A stretch of 59,241 nt of DNA, filler included, from Dirinaria sp. TL-2023a (Eukaryota), in NCBI GenBank assembly GCA_051941275.1. It is 2 parts of 2 records of this genome, joined end to end, with 100 filler letters (N's around TTAATTAATTAA, not from the genome) between each part and the next. Parts side by side here need not be neighbours in the genome. Positions count along the whole stretch, not along the records: positions 29,701 to 59,241 come from JAVEBF010000114.1; 1 more part is not named here. One strand, written 5' to 3'. The position numbers and the translations under genes were made by a program. Below, in pieces: positions 50,299 through 59,241 of the stretch. The stretch's first letter is position 1, and every line of letters begins with the position of its first letter. The notes below the pieces were generated by a model. The model was not told the DNA's origin, did no database searches, and worked only from the letters and a program-made list of their open reading frames with translations.

Positions 50299-50606
50299 CT
50301 TGCGAAATCCCTACTCATCACCAACATTGACCGAGCAACCACCAATTTGCCAAACCAGTACCAATCAAGAAACCAACATTCTACAATCTCGAGTAAGTCT
50401 AAGTCACGTCGTCCGCATGATTTCTCGGGCAATCCGACGTTAACTAATGTCTACAGCATTCTCAAGTCCCTCAGCCCACCTCAGTGAAACCGCTTCGCCA
50501 GACACACTTCCTCTGACCCACCTCAGCCAACCAGTGAGTCTTCATCACGTCTTTTCGCCTTCACACCCTAGAGACTAACAATTCTACAAAGCAAAGCCAA
50601 AAAAAA

Positions 50607-50774
50607 ATGTGCTGGGTTGTGGTATTGTACCCGTGTGGTCACGTTTACGATCCGCACCACTTCGTCGAAGATTTCATGGGTCGGGTGCATTGCGTTTGTA
50701 CGAGGTTCGAAGGTTACGTTGTTGTGGATGTTAAGCCTTGCTTTCGCTGTTTGCCTCCAAAACCAAAGCTCTAA
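50607..50774 (+). CDS. Putative 55-aa Cys/His-rich microprotein (possible zinc binder)
   Basis: MCWVVVLYPCGHVYDPHHFVEDFMGRVHCVCTRFEGYVVVDVKPCFRCLPPKPKL. The ATG has an A-rich context and follows two consensus introns. It is below the ORF-track cutoff. Confidence 0.55.
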   Translation: MCWVVVLYPCGHVYDPHHFVEDFMGRVHCVCTRFEGYVVVDVKPCFRCLPPKPKL

Positions 50775-51050
50775 AATTTAGAGCTACATGTTCTAAGAGT
50801 TTATGGAGTTGTGGGATCGGCGCTGGCTGAACGGAAAGCCTCCGCGGCCTAAGAGACAGACCTTTTAAAGCTTTAGGGATCAAAGGGAGGGCTACAGTAC
50901 TACCGAAGCATCATTGAACCTTTCTGTTGCTTATGTGACCTCAATTGAAGTAGATTAACGTAGTATTGAATTGAGTTCCCGCCTCGACAATTGCAGAGCT
51001 CCGATCACACTTCCCAGAAAGCCATTATCAGAGCTCGGCTACGCCTCGTC

Positions 51051-51067
51051 AGCCCTACAGAGCCCTA
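51051..51067 (+). promoter_or_regulatory. Tandem AGCCCTA (Tbf1/Homol-E-like) ribosomal-protein promoter motif
   Basis: AGCCCTA at 51051 and 51061 (10-bp spacing), about 115-130 bp upstream of rps5. The reverse complement TAGGGCT resembles the Tbf1 RP-gene motif. Confidence 0.5.
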
Positions 51068-51179
51068 GCGCGCACACGGCGCTAACAAGCGAGCCGTGAA
51101 CCCGAAAGATTCTTCAACCACCAAACGTTTCCCCAAACCTACTACGAGATAACAACGTCAATCGCCTGTGGTCCCCACG

Positions 51180-52128
51180 ATGTCCGACAACGGCGAAGTC
51201 GAGGTTGAAAGCCCAAGTGGGTTTAATGTGCTGCCCAAAGACGTGACGCAGGAAATCGGTACTGTTAAGCTGTTCAACAAGTGGAGCTACGAGGACGTCG
51301 AGGTGCGGGATATCAGCTTGACGTGAGTCTCTTGTCCTTCCTCTCCGGCGGAATCCAGTGCAATCGACCTGAAGTGCAACCCTCACAAGACCATCACATC
51401 CTTCCTTGTTCCTGACAAAATGTCTCCCCTGGGGCTCCACAATTGTCGTCTCCCCAGATATACACCCGAACTGGCCCCTCAGTTCGGAACAACTTTTGAT
51501 CAATCAATGACTAACGACATGGTGGGACCAAAAACAGTGATTACATCCAAATCCGAGCGCCTGTCTACATCTCTCATTCTGCAGGGCGATACGCAGTAAA
51601 ACGGTTCCGCAAAGCGCAATGCCCGATTATCGAGCGACTGACCAACAGCCTCATGATGAACGGACGCAACAATGGGAAAAAACTCATGGCTGTACGGATC
51701 GTGGATCACGCTTTTGAGATAGTATGCCTTCTTCCCCCATCCTTCCCTTCCCCTCTCCTTCTCCCTTACACCCCTCATCCACATCAAACTAACAACTCCG
51801 CCTCGCCCAGATTCACATCATGACCGACGCAAACCCTCTTCAAATCGCAGTCGACGCAATCGTGAATTGCGGCCCCCGCGAAGACAGCACGAGAATCGGC
51901 TCCGCAGGTACAGTCCGTCGGCAAGCTGTTGACGTATCACCCCTACGGCGCGTAAACCAGGCTATTGCGTTGCTCACCATCGGAGCCCGGGAGGCGGCGT
52001 TCCGGAATGTGAAGAGTGTGGCGGAATGTTTGGCTGAAGAACTGATCAATGCGGCCAAGGGAAGCAGTAACAGTTATGCCATCAAGAAGAAGGATGAATT
52101 GGAACGGGTGGCGAAGAGTAACCGGTAG
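51180..52128 (+). CDS. rps5: 40S ribosomal protein S5 (uS7)
   Basis: [32 protein letters not shown] and C-terminal [10 protein letters not shown]. Introns 51323-51537 and 51722-51810. Confidence 0.98.
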
Positions 52129-52589
52129 ATTTCACGAATGGGAGATCTGGGGTGTCGCTGGGCCGAGATTTGGGATTTTCAGAGAGAATGGTTGGCATGG
52201 AACGATAAAGAAGAATCAATGGCCGTCATTTCCAGGTGCCTAGATCATGTCCATTGTGGCATCATACTTAGCTCGATTCTGGTCGGCCCTACGGATTTCC
52301 CCTCTACTCCTCGTAAAAGCAGCCTCTACAAGCCCTCTGTGAATGTGAAGAAAGATGGGTAGTAGCATTTTCTGTCAAGAAAAGCGGCCTGGACGTATCC
52401 ATTCTTTGAAGGTACCATACCCAGGTGCCTTACTGTCTAGGGTTATTTGGGGTTTGCCTTAGAGATTGATGCTTTCTTGAATCGGCTAGCGTCCCTGGTC
52501 GTTGCCTGCCTCCCTGCTTCAAGTAAACAAGATTACCTCCTTATCACTTCCCCGACACACAATGTAAGTCCTCAATCACTGCTTCTATA

Positions 52590-54066
52590 TCATAGATTAC
52601 TACTGCCTACTCCTGCTTCTCTATATCGTAAATTGCCAACCGGGCCATCCGCATAGGCCTGGTACTGAACCCCCAAGGCCACAGTCGCCCTATCGTGGGA
52701 GCGAAGTTTATTAACCACCACGAGCCGGCCCCTGCTGTCATGAACGCTGTTCACCATCTCTATCAGCTCGCTCAACCCCAGCCCGCACTCGTTGGTCAAT
52801 TGCATATGTGAGAGATCCTTGAGGCGCGCCATGGCTTCGACGTCTGGGTCAACGGTCCCTGGCTCAGGCAGCAAAGGTGGCGCCAAGATCAGAGTTGCTG
52901 AGGCGTTCGCGCGGAGCACACCGAGATGAGCGCTCAGCTCGGCAATAATTGTTGTTGGGAGAGATGGGCAAGGCGTAGTTAGACGAAGGATATACACAGC
53001 GGCGTCCTTGACCACTTGGGTCGCTGCAGGCATTCGTTTCTGCACCGTGATACGCTCACTGAAATCCTTCGCTTTCCCAGCGCCAGCGCCAACCGTGCCG
53101 ATACTGTTCTGTGCTGGTTCAATCACTTGGACGATGAAGTGAAGCGCTGGATACATATCTGCAAGAGCGATGGCATCTTCAGTGGAGTGAGCACACACCT
53201 ATACGTGGCATTTGGGAGTTAGTCATGAATTGGACCGGCTCGTTTGTCTAAAGAGCAATATACTCACGTCAACTATACACGCGTTGCCCAGACTACGCCA
53301 GTTCAGCTGGCTGAGAAGCTCAGTAACGCTATCATCTACATCCCCAGTGCACCGGCGGTAGGCAGACCATTGACGTTGCAATCTCTTCCTTTCCACACAG
53401 GCTGACTGGAATGTTTGTGAGGTATTGAAAGTCACAGAATAGGCACTCTCGCTCGCAGAATCCAAACTTCCATGGCTCTGCGCTGCTGTACCCATATGCA
53501 ACGCTGTGGGTGCTGCGGTTTCGGCAAGGAACATAGCGGCGTCTAAGAAAGAGAGGCTGGTAACAAATGGCGCAGATAAGGCCGTATGAGCGATTTGACC
53601 TGGCTGGGGCTCGCGGAGAAAGCCGGCCGTCGCTGTCATACGCACAATACGGTACAGCTGCGTTTCTGGCACGCCAACCAGGTCGGCGACCTCTTTGGCA
53701 GCGATGCTGCCACTGAGCGGGATACATGCAAGGACTTGGAACTGGCCCAACCATTTCAGACATGCGAGGAGTTGGTTCTGTGCACACCGTTCAAGTACTG
53801 TCCTTTGCTACACAAAATTTTCCCATGGGGCATACCTGGCTGGCAAGTTGCTGGATGAACTCCGCCGGCTCGGCCAACAAAGTCTGCAACCGGGTTGTGA
53901 TGGCGAGTATGTTGCGTCTGGCGCGATCTGCCTCAAAGGGCGATACGTTCGTGATCGCCGAATGAGACGGTGAGGCAGTGCCGTCGCCCCGATAGTGGTC
54001 ATCGAGGGTTTTAGCAGCGACAGCGAGGTCGCTGGTCCATGTCTCGAGCTGGCTCGAGCTCGTCAT
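52590..54066 (-). CDS. AflS/AflJ (MdpA)-like transcriptional co-activator, degenerate O-methyltransferase fold
   Basis: Exons 54066-53836, 53777-53268 and 53198-52590. NQLLACLKWLGQFQVLACIP, RIVRMTATAGFL.EP, AHTALSAPFV and LDAAMFLA are typical of AflS/MdpA. No intact SAM-binding glycine motif (IVDVCA). Confidence 0.88.
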
Positions 54067-55378
54067 GGCGGCAACTGCAATGATACAAAGGGTTTCGGAG
54101 CCTTTAAGCCAAGGGCTAGCCAAAAACTCGCGGTCGACGTATAAGCAGGTGATCAGCGTGGTTTATATAAGGCGTATTCCAAATATGCATAGTATATTGC
54201 ATGGTCAGGCTCTGTCACTGTTAGCCACTTACGCAGGGGTACCTGGACATAGTAGCTTCAGGTCGGCGTGTTTGCTATATACTAATTACCTTCAGCGTCG
54301 CGCGACTGCTATGGGAACAATTAAACCGTCCATCGACCTCACCTCCGCAAAAGATACAAGCACAAAGGATGCAAGATTGCTACTCTATCTGACATCGATA
54401 TCGATCCGACACCGACCAAAAGCTGACCCAAGCCGACTGACGATCCTTCAGAGATACCGTATTGCTGAAAACTAAGGTTTAGTTACCTACATACTCGCGC
54501 AGGTAATCAATTGAATCCTGGCTCGAAAGGAGATCAAGGGTAAGGTAACTAGCTGCACGTTAGCTTGTCTCACCCCTGCGGTTCCGAAAGCGTCGGTAGC
54601 TTTAGTGCCCGCAATGTCTCGGTGGAGAGTGAGCATCCTTGCAGGATGCTTGTCCACGTTATCTTTCGGACTATTAGGTTATTGTTGCTCGGAACATTAT
54701 GCACAGAGATCAGGGTCCCAGGTCAGGATCGCAGACCCTGACCGCTGTCTACCACAGCCTTAACCTGTATCCCAATCGGAAGTCGGGCTGTTTCACTGCC
54801 AATGGATCTGCCAATTCGGATAGTATTCGCAACAAACTAGATGTAGACGGTGGCACTTCAACGTATTAAGCGATGTGTAGGCTGCATCGTGGCCCTTAGG
54901 TAATGTCAGTTCCTCTCTCGTCTATAAAGCAAGTGTTATATATAGACTTTTCGGAATCTTCTATGTAACTCTGGGTTGCCTGAACCTCCCACTCAGCTCC
55001 TGTCCACAACCGCCGAAACAATACACTCCTGTGATCGGTTTCCGCCTCCAGGCGAAGATCCTGCGGTCGTTGGTATTCGCTGCGCTGCTGCGGTTTCCTC
55101 TCCGTCGGAGAGATCCCAGTCCTTATGAAGCGCGAAGGGTATTATTCCTCAGGAAAAGATATCTTCGATCAAATTGCATCTGAGACGGTCAATCCATCAA
55201 TGCTTTGAGGACGGCCTGCATCCTCGATCTGTTGTTCGTCAATAGAAGGCTAGGATATCGACCTCGGGCAATTCATTGGTGAGAAACCACGGGCATGGCG
55301 CTATGCCGGTAGTATAAGCACATCGCCACATCATCGAGCGCCATAGTCCTCCCTCGCTTCACGGAGAATCCCGCGATC

Positions 55379-55879
55379 ATGAGTGGTACACCGCCACCGA
55401 CCAATCAGCCATCAGACACGATGGACCATGTACAGGAATGCCAAGACCTCCTGATGGAAATTGAGGAGCTGAGCAAGCAGAAGGAAGAACACATCAGGCG
55501 TCTGGCTGTCTGCGATGTCACAGTAGAGAAAAGGGAAAGAATGGCCAAGACGTTCACAGATCGCAAAACCGACGCAGCCAAGAAGCGAGTCCAAATGCCG
55601 CGGGCAAACCTTGACGAATTTAAGGAGTCTGTGGCAGGGTATCTACAAGCCATCAAAGAACTACAGTCGGCGTATCGCGAGCAGATACTCGGAGTGCTCA
55701 AGAATGCGGACTCGGGTTGGCTCCTCGACCGCCGAAAGATGTTGCTGACGGCATTTCACCTTGCAAAAGACATTCACACGCTCATCATGCAGAGGAGCGA
55801 GGACATCGTTTCGCATCGCAAGAGGAAACGCCGTCCTATCAAAAGCCGCAGGAAGATCCAGCTAAGCCGAACCGCTTAG
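55379..55879 (+). CDS. Hypothetical helical/coiled-coil protein with basic C-terminus
   Basis: 166-aa ATG ORF with E/K/R/L-rich helical composition and an NLS-like RKRKRR. I recognise no family. Confidence 0.5.
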   Translation: MSGTPPPTNQPSDTMDHVQECQDLLMEIEELSKQKEEHIRRLAVCDVTVEKRERMAKTFTDRKTDAAKKRVQMPRANLDEFKESVAGYLQAIKELQSAYREQILGVLKNADSGWLLDRRKMLLTAFHLAKDIHTLIMQRSEDIVSHRKRKRRPIKSRRKIQLSRTA

Positions 55880-56811
55880 CAGGGCAAACTCTGTCCCCCT
55901 TGACGTTGGGGACGTCTTCGCCGAGGAGGGTGAAAACAAGCTTCATACAGCAGCTCCCCCGGGGGGTCCTTGCAGGTGTAAAAAGTTGGGCTGTTACTGA
56001 CAGCGTTCGAGGTACTAAGAGGACACATGATCTCGTCAGCGTCAGCGACAGGAATGTTTGGGTACTGGCGCGCATGGATTGGTCGCGCCCGACTAAGTAC
56101 AGTACGTACGAGTACCTTACTGTATAAAAGCAAAGTTGGGCAGTGCATCCTAAGGTACCTATTATTGCAAGTCGCCAAGACTCGGTTCACTCCGTATTAT
56201 GTCATTGCTTGATGGGCACTTAACCCTAAGGTATCTTAAGGTACCTATAATCTTACCTTCCTTTAAGGTACCTCGGTACCTCTTATGATCTAATGATCTA
56301 GTGATCTAATGCCAAGAAGCCAGATGTATTTTCGTATCCAACCATCCATCATGATACCTCCATACTTTACTACTGTAGTTCCAGAATCCAGTCATCACGT
56401 TGCCTGAACACGACTACTTGAAACAGCGGTGTGTAATCCAATCCCATCCCTGATGGCAAGTTTCATACTTTACAATGCTTGGCTATGACTACCTTCCTTC
56501 CTTCTTCCTTCTTCCTTCGGCTCACCGCGTCTTCTAAACCTCACTCACATTCGAGGCGTGTCACTGTGGCGATTTGAGTACACCGAGGATGCATGTATTT
56601 CTCGATTTAGAGTCGCTATGAAGTCGTCCCAGAATGGTGCCGTGCATTCTATCAATGTTGGCAGTGTCATTGCGATCATACTCTATACTACGTTCTAATG
56701 GATTCAAATTCTTCGCGTGGTTTGAAGTGCCGTTTCAAACGCCAAATAAGGATCCCATTCCAGTCAAGACGCCTTCGCCATTCCGCCCAGGAATGCATAC
56801 GATCAAGGTAT

Positions 56812-58179
56812 TCAGAGTCTTCTCAACCGATCTAACATTTCCCACGAAAGCGCCTTGAGCCGTTTTCTCAAGTCGATATCTAATTGATCATACATGACTG
56901 CCGAAAGCGGCAAAGTCATCTCGCTGTCCAAGTCTAAGGTCTCCGGAGTCTCGGCCCCTCCTCCTGTTCCCTTTTTCGCCGCCTGTAGCTTCAGCATTGA
57001 TGACAGTTGGTCGACAAGACGTCGCACGCGGTGCAGCTCGTTAAGAACAAGTTGCGCTGCCATGCGTGCCGAGTCCGCGCCATCCAGGCAGTAGCTGCCC
57101 ACAATGGTAGGATTCTGAGGTACTTGCTCAGTCGGTGGCGATTGACGTGAGAGGCATGCCTGAGCGCCCTGCAAGTTAGGCGTCTTGCGAGCAACAGCCG
57201 CGTACAACCCCAGCACTCTGAATATGATAAGTGACATAACCGCAAGTAAGTAACCGTCGTGTGAGCACGAGCATTTCAGCATTGAGCCCACGGCTTCAAT
57301 GGTGGCCTCATTCCGGGCAATCACGGCTTGAATCGACGAGGTCGCCGTGGCATCGTCGAGACCTTGTGTGCATGCGTTCGAAGACGAAGCGAAGAGCTGT
57401 TTCATGAAGCCAAGGGCTTGGACCAGGCAAGAACAGGGTTCCTTAGTTGGATGGATCTCTTGGTAGTTTTGCACCTCTTTGCTTGGGGAGGTAGAGTGCT
57501 TTGGCGTGGAGCCGGGAAAGGAGAGAGTAAAGAGCTCAGAAACTGCATCCTCGAATAGTGGGTACGCGTCGGACAGAGTTTCGGAGCCATTGCTGCTGCT
57601 ATCGATGCCTATGGGAAAGAAGTCTGCTTTGCCGAAGAGATTGACGTCCGACATCTCAGAGAATGGTATGCGCGAAGTAAAAAGGTCATCCAGGCTTGTT
57701 CCCTGATCTGCAGAGGTCGAACACAGGGCCTGATCGGTTGGGGTAAAGAAGTCTTGTAATCTGTCAAAAGAGCCAGAGACGTTCGCAATGGGAGTATGCT
57801 GCATGACTACTGGCGAACACGCAGCCTCGGTGCTTGGATTCGACGAGGAGGCGGCAAACCATTTAGGTTGCGAGGGTAGGTGCACACTGTCAATTGCATC
57901 CATTGCGGTATTTGAGACTTCGATATCATTGTCGCGGTTGACGCGGTTTGACCGGCTGCTGGGCTTTCTGCCCCCCGGCTTCGCAGCCAGGTATTCACAG
58001 GCAAGACCCCGCTTTGCACAGCGGGAGCATGTTGGCTTCTCTTGAGAGCATTTCACTTTGCGAGATGCGCAGGCATAACAGCTGTTACGCAACTTGGGCC
58101 GGTCTGGTGAAGTTGTATGACCGTGAGTCGAGGTAGATGACCCAGGAAGAGCTGGACACGGAGATTGTACGGCGGCCAT
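56812..58179 (-). CDS. AflR/MdpE-like Zn(II)2Cys6 pathway-specific transcription factor
   Basis: KLRNSCYACASRKVKCSQEKPTCSRCAKRGLACEY plus the AflR-type C-terminal domain (CSCL..AL, VIARNEATIEAVGSMLKCSCSHDGYLL, VGSYCLDG, RMAAQLVLNELHRV). First in-frame ATG at 58179. Confidence 0.93.
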   Translation of the reverse strand: MAAVQSPCPALPGSSTSTHGHTTSPDRPKLRNSCYACASRKVKCSQEKPTCSRCAKRGLACEYLAAKPGGRKPSSRSNRVNRDNDIEVSNTAMDAIDSVHLPSQPKWFAASSSNPSTEAACSPVVMQHTPIANVSGSFDRLQDFFTPTDQALCSTSADQGTSLDDLFTSRIPFSEMSDVNLFGKADFFPIGIDSSSNGSETLSDAYPLFEDAVSELFTLSFPGSTPKHSTSPSKEVQNYQEIHPTKEPCSCLVQALGFMKQLFASSSNACTQGLDDATATSSIQAVIARNEATIEAVGSMLKCSCSHDGYLLAVMSLIIFRVLGLYAAVARKTPNLQGAQACLSRQSPPTEQVPQNPTIVGSYCLDGADSARMAAQLVLNELHRVRRLVDQLSSMLKLQAAKKGTGGGAETPETLDLDSEMTLPLSAVMYDQLDIDLRKRLKALSWEMLDRLRRL

Positions 58180-59241
58180 GATGAGCAGTTCGAACTCTGA
58201 AGGAGACAACACTGAGCTGGCAGATCAAAGCAGCAGGCAAAGAAGGCTTGAGCAGGTTGCAGATTGATAAATCCAGCAGTCTAAAGCTGAGACAGTTCAG
58301 CCTGATGCGCAGCGGGATGAAAATCTTGGAATAATAGAATCCTTCGACGTGGGATTAAAATGTTCCCCCTACTCGTCTGCCTTTATCTCAGTTAGCATCA
58401 AACTACCGCCTTTTTCATATTCACGATTTAGCTCACTAAGGCTGTGGGGGCCACTCTCCCTTGTGTCCGCTCCTTCCCATGCGCCAGAATAACTTGGGGG
58501 AGTCAGCATCTATTTTCGCTGAGCCACTTATGCAACGATGATATCGGTAGATTGGTTGGAGCTATCTAATAATGCTGGGAAACCTGCCTAAATACGTCCT
58601 AAACATATAGGGATCCCGTGCATGAACGGCTCATTTGACTAGCTGCGATCCCTTGTTCAGCATGGCAGAAGAATTTATCATTCTCGGGATCGAGAAACGC
58701 TTGGGACGAGAACTGTTCGGCCAAAGCCGTCAGCCCCAAGCTCTCTCATTGGCAGCTTGTCCATTTCAATAAAGGCAAAACTTTGCGCAATGTGGAATTC
58801 AACAACGACTGAAAGCGTTGTTGTCAAAGGATATTTGCATGCAGCTGGCTTGTGTCCCTACGTGAATATTGACAAATTTCATTGAGTGAGGACCATGAAA
58901 AGCATCAGGAATTTTCTGATTGGCGAAGGCGATAAATGCTGCGACGCAGGATCATGGACCACGAAACGAAGCCAGTCAAAGTAAGGTTGGTCGGGGTGTC
59001 CAGATAGTAGGAAACCGGGATGCCAACGCGGCTCGCAACGAAGTGAACGGAAGGACGGTAAAGCCGGAGAATTCCCACTACCTTGCCTTGCCTTCAACGG
59101 ACGAGGCTTTCAGCAGCCAGATGGAGCGCCAGCCATTGGGTCCATGGCCCTTTGGGGCTAGACTAGCGAAGCTACCAGGCTATAGGCATGGTGCCGCGTT
59201 CTTGCCGTCCCTGATTCACTACTTTGTCTCTGGGATGATCC

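Noticed and set aside
54776..54786. TCG-N5-CGG, a degenerate canonical AflR site
   Set aside because: Single imperfect match about 700 bp from the aflS-like start, not distinguishable from chance.

Overview
Gene-dense, intron-containing DNA from a filamentous ascomycete (Pezizomycotina). A Eurotiomycete is my guess from protein style and is not provable here. About 21 protein-coding genes can be supported. Housekeeping and regulatory genes: exportin-T (los1), a TFIIIA-like 10-finger C2H2 protein, an SDR, hsp90, a Pho4/NUC-1 bHLH factor, a BCAS3-like beta-propeller protein, a cytochrome b5-like steroid-binding protein cut by an assembly gap, the Rag GTPase gtr2, prp18, a YJR098C-like lipase, a PHD protein, a secreted YHR202W-like metallophosphoesterase, sda1 and rps5. 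The right end holds an aflS-like + aflR-like secondary-metabolite regulator pair with no synthase in view. I found no tRNA, rRNA, CRISPR array or intact transposon. Best leads: (1) a 55-aa Cys/His microprotein ORF reached through two introns just behind the sda1 stop codon, possibly a bicistronic transcript; (2) a UUU-UUU-UGA site separating a hypothetical protein from its apparent C-terminus (+1 frameshift, sequencing error or weak intron); (3) two obligatory GC-AG introns in hsp90; (4) a secreted protein with an exactly duplicated Cys-spacing module; (5) a spliced uORF whose stop overlaps the nuc-1 start; (6) a recurrent TAAGGTAC/GTACCTTA intergenic motif. All gene models were built by hand, and family names come from recognised motifs, not database searches.
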